A stretch of DNA of 64,000 nt from an uncultured Actinomycetota bacterium (GCA_963828725.1 CAWHFV010000010.1:2142-66141); one strand, 5' to 3'; positions 10,496 to 22,032 are shown, counted from the first letter of the stretch. Notes: a model not told the origin generated them from the letters alone. Numbers and translations: made by a program.

Positions 10496-11521
10496 TCAGC
10501 CGGGCTGACGCCGGCCGAACGCGGCCACGATCGGCTCGCCGGGCGCGATGCGGCGCGCGCGGTCGACCTCGAGTCCCGCCCTGCGCAGGTCCGCGACGAG
10601 CCCTTCGGCGGTCGGAAGCAGCATCGGCGTGCGCTGGGCCAGGAACAGCAGGCCGATGTGGCGGCTCGCGGTGGTCGCCTCGGCCACGGTCGTCACGAGG
10701 AGGACGGTGCCGCCGGGGGCCGTGACGGCCGCGACCTCGCGCAGGAACGTCGCGCGGTCGGCCGGGGGGACGTAGTAGATGATGTTGGCGAGCAGCACGA
10801 GGTCGGCCGGTCCACCGAGGGCCTCGGCCGCCCGACCGAGGTCGGCGGGTGCCGAGCCCACGAGGACCTGGCCCCGCCCACCGAGGGACGCCAGCCGATC
10901 ACGGGCGAGAGCGGCCACCCGCTCGTCGGTCTCGAGCCCGACGCCCCGCGCGCCGGTGGACTGCTGGAGCATGGCCGCGAGGTACTCGCCCTCCCCACAC
11001 CCGATGTCGAGGACCCGCTGCGGCTGGCCCTCAGTAACCGCCGCGACGACGGTGTCGCGAATGAACGGTGCCAGCGCCGACGACGCCTGCGCGATCAGCT
11101 CGGCGTGCTCCTCGAGGTCATCTCGCCCCGCACCGCCACGCAGCTGGTTCGGGAGCTCACGGTAGAGGTCCACGTGGTACCCGCCGAGGGCCTCCACCAT
11201 GGCTCGGCCGGTGGCGTCGCGGACCAGGGATCGGCTTTTTCGGGTCAGCTCCCAGGTGGTGGCCCGTCGCCGGACCAGCCCGTAGGCCTCGCCCAGCTCG
11301 AGGAGCGCCCTCGTCAGGTCGACGTCGGTGAGCCCAGCACGCTGCGTGACCTGGAGGGCGTCCCCAGGGCCGCCGGACGCATCGAGCGCGTCGAGCAGCC
11401 CGTTCTCCAGCAGCGCGCGGGTGGCCGCCAGCCGGAACGCCGCCCGGCCGTCGCGGAACGCCCTCAAGCGCATCCGCGGCGCTCCCTCGCGAGCGACTCG
11501 AACCAGCGTCCTCGGCCTCAC
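10496..11521 (-). CDS. Class I SAM-dependent methyltransferase with N-terminal dimerisation/wHTH region
   Basis: VLDIGCGEG motif I, DLVLLANIIYY; start chosen at GTG just after a TAGGCT -10-like box. Confidence 0.85.
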   Translation of the reverse strand: MRPRTLVRVAREGAPRMRLRAFRDGRAAFRLAATRALLENGLLDALDASGGPGDALQVTQRAGLTDVDLTRALLELGEAYGLVRRRATTWELTRKSRSLVRDATGRAMVEALGGYHVDLYRELPNQLRGGAGRDDLEEHAELIAQASSALAPFIRDTVVAAVTEGQPQRVLDIGCGEGEYLAAMLQQSTGARGVGLETDERVAALARDRLASLGGRGQVLVGSAPADLGRAAEALGGPADLVLLANIIYYVPPADRATFLREVAAVTAPGGTVLLVTTVAEATTASRHIGLLFLAQRTPMLLPTAEGLVADLRRAGLEVDRARRIAPGEPIVAAFGRRQPG

Positions 11522-11581
11522 AACGGCCAGCCTAGGTTCGGTGGAGGGCGCTGCGCGCGCCGTGACCCGCTTTCCCCTCGT

Positions 11582-11642
11582 GCCGAGAGGCCAACTTCGG
11601 TCGTTATTCGAGTCGGATAACGACCGAAGTTGGCCTCTCGGC
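11582..11642. repeat. Perfect 26-bp inverted repeat (REP-like palindrome or terminator)
   Basis: gccgagaggccaacttcggtcgttat / ataacgaccgaagttggcctctcggc with a 9-nt spacer, downstream of ispH. Confidence 0.85.
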
Positions 11643-11666
11643 GACTGCGGGAGGGTGGCGCGGCGG

Positions 11667-12698
11667 TCAGCGGAGGGCGCCGGCCGCCAGGCTGGACGGG
11701 TCGTGGCGGACCTGGTCGGGCTCGTTCCCCGACCGGGCCTTGAGGTCACGGCGCAGCTCGGTCGGCAGCGCGAAGAGCAGCGACTCCTCCGCCGAGACCA
11801 CGGTCTCCGCCTCGCCGAACCCGTGGTCTGCGAGGTAGGTCAGGACGTCGCGGACCAGGACCTCTGGCACGCTCGCCCCGGACGTGACGCCCACGGTCGA
11901 GACGCCGTCGAGCCAGGCCTCGTCGATCTCGTCGGCGAAGTCCACGAGATAGCCGGCCTCGGCACCGTGGTCCAGGGCGACCTCGACAAGGCGGACCGAG
12001 TTCGACGAGTTCCGTGAGCCGACGACGAGCACGAGGTCGCACTCCGGCGCCATCTGCTTGACGGCGACCTGCCGGTTCTGGGTGGCGTAGCAGATGTCGT
12101 CGCTCGGCGGGTCCTGCAGCTTGGGGAACCGCTCGCGCAGCCGCCGCACCGTCTCCATCGTCTCGTCGACCGACAGCGTGGTCTGGGACAGCCAGACGAC
12201 CTTCTCGGGGTCGCGCACCCGGACGTTGACGACGTCGTCGGGACCGTCGACCAGGGTGATGTGCTCCGGAGCCTCGCCCGACGTGCCGACGACCTCCTCG
12301 TGGCCCTCGTGGCCGATGAGGAGGATGTCGAAGTCGGCGTCCGCGAAGCGCACCGCCTCGCGGTGCACCTTGGTCACCAGCGGGCAGGTCGCGTCGATGG
12401 TCTTGAGGCTGCGAGCCCGCGCCTCGTCGTGGACGACCGGCGCAACGCCATGGGCACTGAAGATGACCGTGGCGCCCTCGGGCACCTCGTCGGTCTCGTC
12501 GACGAAGATCGCGCCGCGCTTCCGCAGGGTCGTGACGACGTGCTTGTTGTGGACGATCTCCTTGCGCACGTAGACCGGGGCGCCGTAGAGCTCGAGCGCC
12601 TTCTCGACCGTCACGACGGCCCGGTCGACGCCGGCGCAGTAGCCCCTCGGGGCCGCCAGCAGGACCCGCTTGGGGGTGGTCGTGGAGAGGCCGGACAT
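11667..12698 (-). CDS. ispH: 4-hydroxy-3-methylbut-2-enyl diphosphate reductase
   Basis: [35 protein letters not shown]. Confidence 0.98.
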   Translation of the reverse strand: MSGLSTTTPKRVLLAAPRGYCAGVDRAVVTVEKALELYGAPVYVRKEIVHNKHVVTTLRKRGAIFVDETDEVPEGATVIFSAHGVAPVVHDEARARSLKTIDATCPLVTKVHREAVRFADADFDILLIGHEGHEEVVGTSGEAPEHITLVDGPDDVVNVRVRDPEKVVWLSQTTLSVDETMETVRRLRERFPKLQDPPSDDICYATQNRQVAVKQMAPECDLVLVVGSRNSSNSVRLVEVALDHGAEAGYLVDFADEIDEAWLDGVSTVGVTSGASVPEVLVRDVLTYLADHGFGEAETVVSAEESLLFALPTELRRDLKARSGNEPDQVRHDPSSLAAGALR

Positions 12699-12813
12699 GC
12701 TGACCATGCTACGGGGGGCCGGCCGAGAACCTGGTCTCCTCTAGTGCGGAACCGCACTTCACGCATACCCGAAGTTGTTCTTGTTCCGCAGTTTATGCGG
12801 TAGCATCGTGTTC

Positions 12814-13209
12814 ATGCCCACGACCGCCGACCCTCGCTACGACGCCATCCGTGAGGCCCTGGCGACCGCCGAGGAGAGCTCGGAACCGGCCGAGGCGCTG
12901 CCCCAGCTGCGAGCGGCGGCCGACCGGCTGACCGACCTCATCGACGACACCATGGCTCGGGCGCTCGTCACGGGGCGCACCAGCCTGCGCTCGGTCGGCG
13001 CGGGCGCCGGACTGTCGGAGAACGCGGTCGGGCCCCGGCTCGCCCGCACCCCGATGCTCGCCCCGTATGCGAACGAGAGCGGCCGCGTGACCGCGTCGGG
13101 CGTCGAACGGGCGAGGTACGACCACGAGACCGGGCGCACTCCCGAGCCCGGCGACACCGACCAGGAGCCGCGACCACCCATGCGGTTCCGACCGAGGAGG
13201 ACGACATGA
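12814..13209 (+). CDS. Hypothetical protein with probable helix-turn-helix
   Basis: SLRSVGAGAGLSENAVGPRL resembles an HTH; TAGCAT -10 box at 12801; ATGA overlap with next gene. Confidence 0.6.
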   Translation: MPTTADPRYDAIREALATAEESSEPAEALPQLRAAADRLTDLIDDTMARALVTGRTSLRSVGAGAGLSENAVGPRLARTPMLAPYANESGRVTASGVERARYDHETGRTPEPGDTDQEPRPPMRFRPRRTT

Positions 13210-13850
13210 CCCGTTCCGACCTGACCCATCTCTACGTCCTCCTCGACCGCAGCGGTTCGATGCAGTCGATCAAGTCCGACATCGTCGGAGGGTTCGACGC
13301 CTTCGTGGCCGAGCAGAGGTCAGCGACCGGCGAGTGCCGGATGACGTTGGCCCGGTTCGACAACGAGTACGAGCAGGTCTTCGCCGACCTGCCCATCGCC
13401 CAGGTCGGCCCGCTGGTCCTGGAGCCTCGCGGCAGCACGGCGCTGCTCGACTCGATGGGCCGGCTGGTCGTCGACGCCGGCGCCCGCCTGGCCGGCCTAC
13501 CGGAGCCGGACCGGCCCGGCACGGTCGTCGTCGCGGTGATGACCGACGGGTTCGAGAACGCCAGCCGCGAGTGGACGCACGCCTCGATCAGGGCGCTGGT
13601 CGACCAGCAGACCAAGGACTACGGATGGCAGTTCCTCTACATGGGCGCCGACCAGGACGCGGTCGAGGTCGGCAAGGGGCTCGGAATCGCTGCTGACCAC
13701 GCCATGACGTGGAGCCGCGGGTCGGCCAAGGCCGCCATGGGCGCCACGTCGGCGATGGTCGCCGACCTGCGCCGCGCCCGGGCCGCCAACCCCGCGGCGG
13801 CGATGCGTGCCTACACCGACCAGGAGCGGGCTGAGGCCACGGCGGAGTGA
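13206..13850 (+). CDS. von Willebrand factor A (VWA) domain protein
   Basis: MIDAS motif DRSGS, RGSTALLD, TDGFEN. Confidence 0.9.
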   Translation: MTRSDLTHLYVLLDRSGSMQSIKSDIVGGFDAFVAEQRSATGECRMTLARFDNEYEQVFADLPIAQVGPLVLEPRGSTALLDSMGRLVVDAGARLAGLPEPDRPGTVVVAVMTDGFENASREWTHASIRALVDQQTKDYGWQFLYMGADQDAVEVGKGLGIAADHAMTWSRGSAKAAMGATSAMVADLRRARAANPAAAMRAYTDQERAEATAE

Positions 13851-13869
13851 GGGTGCCCGCGCCTAGGGT

Positions 13870-15148
13870 GTGGCCGTGACCGGTTCACCCTCGGGCGCGT
13901 CGCTCCCGGAGAAGGCGGCCGACACCAGCGCCGAGCAGCCCTGGCCGGTCCGAGTCCTCAGCCTCAAGATCGCCGACTACGTCGACAAGATGTCGCCCCT
14001 GTGGGTCGAGGGGCAGGTGGTGCAGATCAACCGGCGGGGCACCACCGCCTACCTCGTCCTGCGCGACCCCGACGTCGACATGTCGCTGGCCGCCTCGATC
14101 TCGGTGCACGCCATCGCGGCGATGGGCTCCCCACTGGACGAGGGGGCACGCGTCGTCCTGCAGGCCAAGCCGGTGTTCTGGCCCAAGCGCGGCTCGCTGA
14201 TGCTCGACGCGCGCCAGATCCGGCCGGTCGGGGTCGGCGACCTGCTGGCCCGCATCGAGATCCTCAAGCAGCGGCTCGCCCAGGAGGGGCTGTTCGACGC
14301 CGACCGAAAGCGGCCGCTGCCGTTCCTGCCTCGGCAGGTCGGGCTCGTCACCGGCCGCGGTAGCGCCGCCGAGAAGGACGTCGTCGAGAACGCCCGGCGC
14401 CGCTGGCCCTCGGTCCGGTTCGCGATCCGCGAGGTCGCGGTCCAGGGCACCACGGCGGTCGCCGAGGTCAGCGCGGCGGTCAGGGAGCTCGACGCCGACC
14501 CCCAGGTCGACGTCATCGTCATCGCCCGAGGCGGGGGCGCCGCCGAGGAGCTGCTGCCGTTCTCCAACGAGACCCTGCTGCGCGTCGTCTCCGAGGCTCG
14601 CACTCCGGTGATCAGCGCGATCGGGCACGATGTCGACACCCCGCTGCTCGACTTCGTTGCCGACTGGCGCGCGTCGACGCCCACCGACGCCGGACGCCGA
14701 GTGGTGCCGGACGCCGAGGGCGAGCTCCGCGGCACCGCTCAGGCCGTCGCGCCGGGCCACCCGGGCGCTCGGCCGCCGCCTCGACCACGAGCGCCACATC
14801 CTGATCGCGCTCCGGTCCCGTCCGGTGATGGCCGACCCCATCGCCCTCGTGACGCGGCAACGTGAGCTCGTCGGAGGCCTGCGCGGGCGGTCCCGCGACC
14901 GGATGCTCTCCCGGCTTGTGCGCGCGGAGGACGAGGTGCGCCACCTCGGCGCCCGCGTCCGGAGCCTCTCGCCGCAGTCGACCCTCGAACGCGGGTATGC
15001 GGTGGTGCAGCACCGCGACGGCCGGGTGGTCGTGTCGCGCGACGAGGTCCAGCGCGACGAGCTGCTGCGCGTCCGGGTGGCGCGCGGCGACTTCGGGGTA
15101 CGCCCGGTCATCGATCCGGACGACGGCTCGCCCTCGTCCGCTGGCTAG
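13870..15148 (+). CDS. xseA: Exodeoxyribonuclease VII large subunit (frameshift near 14750, likely sequencing error)
   Basis: OB fold, [23 protein letters not shown]; C-terminal [14 protein letters not shown] in another frame. Confidence 0.93.
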
Positions 15149-15158
15149 GGTTGGTCAC

Positions 15159-15410
15159 ATGGCGGCACGCACCGAGCCCGGTCCTTCCGACGACGCCGGG
15201 TCCGACGGCGCCGAGTTCGCCGACGTCGCCGAGCTGTCCTACGAGGACGCGCGCGATGAGCTCACGGCGATCGTCGCGCAGCTCGAGGGCGGTCAGGTGC
15301 CGTTGGAGGAGGGGATGCGGCTGTGGCGCCGCGGCGAGGCCCTCGCGGCGCACTGCACCGCCTGGCTGGACGGCGCGCAGCGCCAGATCAGCGAGGCCGG
15401 GCCGGTCTAG
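15159..15410 (+). CDS. xseB: Exodeoxyribonuclease VII small subunit
   Basis: LSYEDARDEL..IV..LE.G.VPLEE....W.RG..L...C; follows xseA. Confidence 0.93.
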   Translation: MAARTEPGPSDDAGSDGAEFADVAELSYEDARDELTAIVAQLEGGQVPLEEGMRLWRRGEALAAHCTAWLDGAQRQISEAGPV

Positions 15411-15458
15411 CCTCCGGCCGCGAGCACGAGAAGCCTCCGGCTCGCAACGCGCCACCCG

Positions 15459-15589
15459 TTGATGGTGAGCGGCTCAGTGACGTTTTGATGGTGAGCGGGC
15501 CGGGTGACGACTTGACGGTGGACGGGTCTGGTGACGACTTGATGGTGAGCGTTCCGGGTGACGTTGCCATGGTGAGCGGGGGTGACGTG
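15459..15589 (+). repeat. Five degenerate tandem repeats of about 27 bp
   Basis: Units start at 15459, 15485, 15512, 15539, 15566; consensus TTGATGGTGAGCGG-N4-GGTGACG. Confidence 0.85.
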
Positions 15590-15602
15590 CTGCCCGGCGC
15601 AT

Positions 15603-15824
15603 GTCGGATACCCGGTCAGGTCACCGATCCGGTTGTGATCACAACGGAACCGGTTACCCGACCGGGTATCCGACCGAGCGGGAAGCACGGTCGAGATCAG
15701 CGAGGCCGGCCGAACTGCGTCGCGGAGTCTCTGTGTCGGTGCCCCGGCGCATGTCGGATAACCGGTCGGGTCACCGATCCGGTTGCGATCACGACGGAAC
15801 CGGTTACCCGACCGGGTATTCGAC
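15603..15824. repeat. Two copies of a 72-bp imperfect palindrome at a 150-bp period
   Basis: gtcggatacccggtc...gatc...gaccgggtatccgac at 15603-15674 and a near-identical copy at 15753-15824. Confidence 0.9.
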
Positions 15825-15856
15825 CTCGGTGGGCCATGCGCGCCGGCGCCGCTCGG

Positions 15857-16462
15857 TCAGGACGGCTGGGCCGGCGTCAACGCCGACGTGAAGGTGACGA
15901 CCTCGTCGTCATCCGCGATCGCGGTGATGACCGTGGCCAACGAAGTGTCAGTCGCCGCCCCCGAGGGGACCCACACCAGGCTGGTCCGCTTGTTCTCGGG
16001 GTCGTAGAACCTCGTCCACGTCCGTCCGGCGACCTCGGCCGTACCGGTCTGCTGACCGCCGCTGGTCGCCGCCTGGAGCCACGCGGGGCTGGCGTTCTTG
16101 GTCTGGCGGATCGCGACGTAGCCGTCCTTCGGCGTATCCCACCCCGCCTGCCACGTGGGCAGACCGTCGGTGCTCGCCGCATACCGGGCGTTGGTCGGTG
16201 ACCAGCCTGCCGGCAGGCCGGCCGGGATCTCGAAGGGCAGCCCGCTCTGGCGTACCGCGTCGGCGACGACGGACGCCGCGTCGACCGGCGGCTGCTGGAT
16301 GCTCTGAACGCGGGGGACGATCGCGATGAGGACCGCGAGCATCCCGAGGATCACGACCATGGACCGGATCATGTTTCCGTAGCTGCCCAGGGAGTAGCGG
16401 CTGCGCGGCGGCGCGGCGTCCTGGGGGACGCCCGGCGTCGGCACCGGGCCCGGCGAGCTCAT
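15857..16462 (-). CDS. DUF4245-family membrane-anchored protein
   Basis: NMIRSM TM segment, P.GLPAGW.PT.AR, W..GW.TP..GY; usual position between xseB and glpX. Confidence 0.85.
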   Translation of the reverse strand: MSSPGPVPTPGVPQDAAPPRSRYSLGSYGNMIRSMVVILGMLAVLIAIVPRVQSIQQPPVDAASVVADAVRQSGLPFEIPAGLPAGWSPTNARYAASTDGLPTWQAGWDTPKDGYVAIRQTKNASPAWLQAATSGGQQTGTAEVAGRTWTRFYDPENKRTSLVWVPSGAATDTSLATVITAIADDDEVVTFTSALTPAQPS

Positions 16463-16611
16463 GGCCTCATCGTCTCCCGAGACGGTCGGGGAACCAAACG
16501 CCGCTCCCGGTGGGGTCCGCGCGAAGTATCAGAGCGGAGCGGAGGACGTCCTGGGGTGACCTAGAGTTGGCGCGTGCCGACGGTGGACGAGAGGCGAGGA
16601 CGACCCCAACG

Positions 16612-17656
16612 ATGACCTCGACGAGCAGTCCCTTCGCCCCCGCCCCACCGACCTCCTCGGAGCGCCCCGACCGCAACCTCGCGCTCGAGCTCGTCCGGGT
16701 GACCGAGGCCGCCGCCATGGCGGCCGGTCGCTGGGTCGGGCGCGGCGACAAGAACAGCGCCGACGGGGCGGCGGTCGAGGCGATGCGTCACCTCATCTCG
16801 AGCATCAGCATGAACGGCGTCGTCGTCATCGGCGAGGGCGAGAAGGACAACGCCCCGATGCTCTACAACGGGGAGCAGGTCGGCGACGGCACCGGCCCCG
16901 AGGTCGACGTCGCCGTGGATCCGGTCGACGGAACGACGTTGACCGCCAAGGGAATGAGCAACGCCGTCTCCGTGCTCGCCGTCGCCGAGCGGGGCACGAT
17001 GTACGACCCGAGCGCGGTGTTCTACATGGACAAGCTCGCCACCGGACCCGACGCGGCCGAGGTCGTCGACATCCGCCTCCCGGTCAAGGAGAACATCCGC
17101 CGCGTCGCCAAGGCCAAGAACGAGCGGCCGTCGGACGTCACCGTCGTCATGCTCGACCGGCCGCGGCACACGCGGGCTCGCCGACGAGATCCGTGACGCC
17201 GGCGCGCGGCTCTACTACATCAGCGACGGCGACGTCGCCGGCGCGGTCATGGCGGCCCGGCCGGGCACCGGTGTCGACCTCATGCTCGGCGTCGGCGGCA
17301 CCCCCGAGGGGATCATCGCGGCGTGCGCGATCAAGTGCATGGGCGGCGTGATCCAGGGCCGGCTGGCGCCCACCGACGACGACGAGCGGCAGAAGGCCCT
17401 CGACGCCGGCCTCGACCTCGACGCCGTCCTGTCGACCGAGGACCTGGTCAGCGGAGAGTGCTACTTCGTCGCGAGCGGGATCACCGACGGCCAGCTGCTC
17501 CGCGGCGTCCGCTACGGCTCGGGCGGCGCCACCACCCACTCCCTCGTGATGCGGTCGCGCAGCGGCACGATCCGCACCATCGAGGCGCAGCACCAGTTCC
17601 ACAAGCTCAACACGTACGGCCACCTCGACTTCGTCCACCCCGCCTGGGACCGGTGA
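16612..17656 (+). CDS. glpX: Class II fructose-1,6-bisphosphatase (frameshift near 17170)
   Basis: [46 protein letters not shown]. Confidence 0.95.
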
Positions 17657-17661
17657 CCCTG

Positions 17662-18601
17662 ATGAGTGACACGACCGTCTACTCCGCGCCGGTGCTCGTC
17701 GTCGGCGAGTCCCTCATCGACGCCGTCGAGCGCGGGGTCGGAGCCGCCCGAGCTGCACGTCGGCGGGTCACCGGCGAACGTCGCCTTCGGCCTCGGCGCC
17801 CTCGACCACGACGTGTCCCTGGCGACCTGGTTCGGTCGCGACGACTGGGGCCGCCGCATCGCCGACCGCTGCGCCGAGAAGGGCGCCAAGGTCGTCGCCG
17901 GCAGCGACGGCGCCGCCCGCACCTCCGTCGCCCGGGCGGTGCTCGACGCCGGCGGAGCCGCCAGCTACGACTTCGACATCACCTGGCAGGTCCCGGCCAT
18001 CGCCGACCTGACGGGGTTCGGACACGTCCACACCGGCAGCATCGCGGCGGTCCTCGAGCCGGGTGGGTCCCAGACGCTCGTCACGGTCCAGCAGGCCCGC
18101 GCGACGGCAACGGTCTCCTACGACCCCAACGCGCGGCCCAGCCTGATGGGCTCACCCGACGAGGTACGCCCGCGGATGGAGGCGTTCATCGCCCTCGCCG
18201 ACGTCGTCAAGGCCAGCGACGAGGACATCGCCTGGCTCTACCCCGACCGGTTCGTCCCCGACGTGCTCCGGCACTGGGGCACGCTCGGTGCGTCGCTCAC
18301 GGTCGTCACCCGCGGCGGCGAGGGCGCGCTGTATGCGTTGAACCAGGTCGGGTCGGTCGCCACCTGCGAGGCGCGCAGCGAGGGTCTCGTCGACACCGTG
18401 GGTGCCGGCGACTCGTTCATGGCCGGGCTGCTGTCCGGGCTCCTGGACGCCGGGCTGCTCGGCTCGCTGGACGCGCGAGAGCGGCTCGCGACGGCGAGCC
18501 TCGAGGATGTCCGCCCGGCCATCGAGCGGGCGGTGACGACCGGCGGGATCACGGTGTCCAAGGCCGGCGCCTACAGCCCGGGGCGCTCCGAGCTCGGCTG
18601 A
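17662..18601 (+). CDS. PfkB-family carbohydrate kinase, fructokinase-like (frameshift near 17730)
   Basis: VVGESLID, GGSPANVA, YDPNARP, DTVGAGDSF. Confidence 0.92.
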
Positions 18602-18615
18602 GAACCCTTACGACA

Positions 18616-18658
18616 CACAGGTATGCCGCGTCCCGACCGGGGACGCGGCATACCTGTG
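18616..18658. terminator. Hairpin between convergent genes, probable bidirectional terminator
   Basis: cacaggtatgccgcgtccc / gggacgcggcatacctgtg. Confidence 0.75.
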
Positions 18659-18673
18659 CTGCTGGTGGGTGGT

Positions 18674-19611
18674 TCAGCCCTTGACCGCTCCCGCGGTCAT
18701 GCCGCGGATGAAGAACCGCTGCAGGGAGAGGAAGACGATCAGCGGCACGATGATCGTGACGAACCCGGCGGCGGGGATGAGCTCGATGCCTTGACCGGTC
18801 TGGCCCTGGAGGCCCTGGAGCGCGACGGTGAGGATGGTGTTCTCGCCGCGGCCGAGGAACAGCAGGGCGATGAGCAGGTCGTTCCAGACCCAGAGGAACT
18901 GGAAGATGGCGAACGACGCGAGGGCCGGGACGGACATCGGCATGATGAGCCGCCAGAAGGTGGTGAAGTGGCTGGCGCCGTCGATCTTCGCCGACTCGAT
19001 GATCGCGTTCGGCAGGGTCGACATGTAGCCGCGCAGGATGTAGATCGCCAGCGGCATGCCGAACCCGATGTGGGCCAGCCACACCGCCAGGAAGGTGCCG
19101 TTCAGGCCGGTGGCCCCGTAGAGCTTGAGCAGCGGCACCAGGGCGACCTGGTTGGGTACGACGAGCAGGCCGACGATGATGATGAAGATGACGTCGCGGC
19201 CCCTCCACTGCATGAACGTGAAGGCGTAGGCCGCGAAGGCGGCGATGAGGATCGGGATCACCGTGGCGGGCACCGTCACGATGAAGCTGTTGACGAAGGC
19301 CTGCGCCATGTTCGTGCCGGTGACGTTCTCCCCGAGCACCTGCTGGTAGTTCGGAGCGTCCACTGGGTCGAGAACGGGCTGAAGAACGCGGTCCACCACC
19401 CCGACGACAGCTGGTCGTCGCGGGACCGGAACGAGTTGATCAGCAGACCGATCACCGGGATCATCCACAGCACACACAGGACGGCCATGAAGATCTTGAC
19501 CGGCCAGGTCGCGCTGCCCTGGCCCATCCCGGTCTTGCTCTGCCGGAGAACCTGGGCCGGTTTCTCCTGGGGGGCGCCGACGCCAGGTTGGACTGTACCG
19601 GTGCTGCTCAT
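18674..19611 (-). CDS. Carbohydrate ABC transporter permease, alpha-glucoside type (frameshift near 19355)
   Basis: EAA loop IIESAKIDGAS, FQFLWVWNDLL, FIRGMTAGAVKG. Confidence 0.9.
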
Positions 19612-20591
19612 CGGTTGGCCTCCTCAGCCCGGAAGTGACGCACCTGGTAGATGAGGATCGGGATGATCGCGATCATGAGGATCACCACGATCGCCGACGC
19701 GTACCCGTTGTTGCCCTGGGTGAACATCTCGTCGAAGAACCGTCGCCCGATGACGTCGGTGTTGTAGGCGCCGTTGGTGGTCACATACACCACGTCGAAC
19801 ACCTTCATCACCCCGATCAGGACGGTGATGAACACGGTGATCACCGTCGGCCAGATCTGCGGGACGACGATCGAGAAGAAGATCCGCCGCTCGCCCGCGC
19901 CGTCGATCCGGCCCGCCTCCACGGTGTCCTCGGGCACCCCCTTGATCGCCGACGACAACAGCACCATCGAGAAGCCCACCTGCGTCCAGATCAGGATGAT
20001 CATCAGGAACAGGCTGTTCACGTGCAGGGTGTCGATCTGGTACCAGAAGTACGGGCCCTTGCCGAACAACCCGACGATCGCGTTCAGCAGCCCCACCTGC
20101 GGGTCACCGGCCGGCTTGAACTCGTAGATCGACCGCCAGATCGTCGCCGCCCCCACCATGCTGATCGCCATCGGCAGGAAGATGAACGTCTTGCTCAGCT
20201 TCTCCCCGCGGGGCCGCAACCGGTCGGCCAGGACCGCGACCCCCAGGCCCAGCGCCACCGTCGTCGCCGGCACCACGATGATCCACAGCAGGTTGTTGAA
20301 CAGCACCTGCAGGAACGAGACGTCGGTCAGCAGGTTGTGTAGTTGCTGAACCCGACGTAGGCCGTCGGAGTCCTCGTTCGCGAAGCTGTACTGCAGCGTG
20401 ACGATCGCCGGGTAGATCAGGTAGACCCCGATGGCCAGGATCGCCGGCCCCGCGTACATCCACGGCTTGACCCGGTCCTCCCACCGACCGGGCAACGACT
20501 CCGCGAGCTTGTTGAGGATCCAGAAGAGGAGCATCGCGCCCCCGATGCCGCCGATGATGGCGAGCAGCGCGTTGGCGGTCTTGATAGCCAT
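19608..20591 (-). CDS. Carbohydrate ABC transporter permease
   Basis: FIFLPMAISMVGA, EAGRIDGA, MKVFDVV. Confidence 0.92.
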   Translation of the reverse strand: MAIKTANALLAIIGGIGGAMLLFWILNKLAESLPGRWEDRVKPWMYAGPAILAIGVYLIYPAIVTLQYSFANEDSDGLRRVQQLHNLLTDVSFLQVLFNNLLWIIVVPATTVALGLGVAVLADRLRPRGEKLSKTFIFLPMAISMVGAATIWRSIYEFKPAGDPQVGLLNAIVGLFGKGPYFWYQIDTLHVNSLFLMIILIWTQVGFSMVLLSSAIKGVPEDTVEAGRIDGAGERRIFFSIVVPQIWPTVITVFITVLIGVMKVFDVVYVTTNGAYNTDVIGRRFFDEMFTQGNNGYASAIVVILMIAIIPILIYQVRHFRAEEANR

Positions 20592-20702
20592 AGAACCCAG
20601 TCCTCTCTACACGATGGGTCCGAGCGGTGGAGCTGGTTGTGCTGGCTTCAGTCCGGCAGCCGCGGGGGACTCGGCGGTCCCCCGCGGCTGTCGGTCACGA
20701 CG

Positions 20703-22032
20703 TCAGCTGCTGGTCTTCGGGAAGCTGTTGTCGATGTTGTTCAGCGTGGTGTCCAGGTCCTGCTGGCCGGAGATCCACTTGACCGGCTCGGTCCAGAACG
20801 TACCCGCTCCCACCTTGGCCGGCATGAGGTCCGACCCGTCGAACCGCACCGCGGTCGCCTTGTACAGCACGTCGCGCGATCTTCTGCTGCGTCTTGCTCG
20901 GGTACAGCGAGACGTCGAAGCGACTTGTGCGGCGAGAAGTACCCGGCCTTGCCGGCGTCGATGCCGTTCTCCTTGCTGGCGACGAAGTTGCGCAGCTTCA
21001 GAGTGTTGGAGTCGTTGTTGAACGCCGCCGCCAGGTCGCCACCGCTGAGAACCGGGTTGTCGCCCTCGGTCTTCGGCGGGAACGCCGTGACGCCGACCTT
21101 GGTGTCGAGCTGCGCGAGCACGGCGTCCGGGAAGCCGCCCTTGCCGGCGACGAAGCTGGCCTGCTTGAACAGGTAGCAGCCGGGCGGCGTCGTCGAACAT
21201 CGCGTCGCCGCCGGTCTGGAAGTTGGTCGCGACGATCGACTTGGTGCCGCCGCGGACCCACCCCTCGGTGAAGGCGATCTTCTGGAAGTACTCGAACGCC
21301 GGCTTGATCTCCGGGCTGTTGAACTTCAGCGCGCCGGTGACCCACTTGTCGTAGTTCTCCGGGCCGGCCAGACGCAGGACAAGGTCCTCGATCCAGTCGG
21401 TGATCGGCCAGCCGGTGGCGTTGCCGGACTCGGCCGCGATGCACCACGGCGTCTTGCCCTGCGACTTCAGCTGGACGCTCAGCGTGAGCATGTTGTCCAG
21501 CGTCGTCGGGAGCTGGTCACCGGTCGTCTGCCAGTTCGGCTGGTCGTACCAGATGAGGCTCTTGACGCTCACGGCGGACGGAAGGCCGTAGACCTTGCCG
21601 TCGGCGCACGTGCCGGCCCCCTTGAACCCGTTGACCATGTCGGCCGTCGCCGTCGTGACGTCGGCGTCGTCCCAGGCCAGGACCTTCTTCTGCTTGGCCA
21701 GGTCGCACATGACGCCCGGCTGCGGGAAGAGACCCACGTCGGGCGGGTTGCCACCCGCGACCCGGGCGCGGATCTCGGTGTCCCACGACCCGGCCTTGGT
21801 GAACTTGATGGTGAACCCGTTCGCCTGCGCGAACTTGTTGAGGTCCTTCTGGAAAGCGGCTTCCTGGTCGCCGCCGAAGCCGTACATCACTTCGACGCGT
21901 CGCCTTGCCCGGGCCGGACGCGGTGCCCCCACCGCTGCTGCCTCCGCCCGAGTTGGACGAGAGGCATCCCGACGCGAGACCGGCAACGGCCACGGCGACG
22001 AGAGCGGTAACGCTTGCCCTGCGAGTGATCAT
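20703..22032 (-). CDS. Sugar ABC transporter substrate-binding lipoprotein, AglE-like (several frameshifts)
   Basis: Lipobox LASGC; PDVGLFPQPG, KSLIWY, GWPITDWIED, RFDGSDLMP. Confidence 0.88.

Noticed and set aside
15459-15824. Possible CRISPR array
   Set aside because: The 27-bp units are contiguous without spacers, the 72-bp repeats are too long and only two, and there are no cas genes in the window.
15323-16201. 292-aa ORF spanning the repeats
   Set aside because: It overlaps xseB out of frame and DUF4245 antisense, has no RBS, and is open only because the repeats lack stops.
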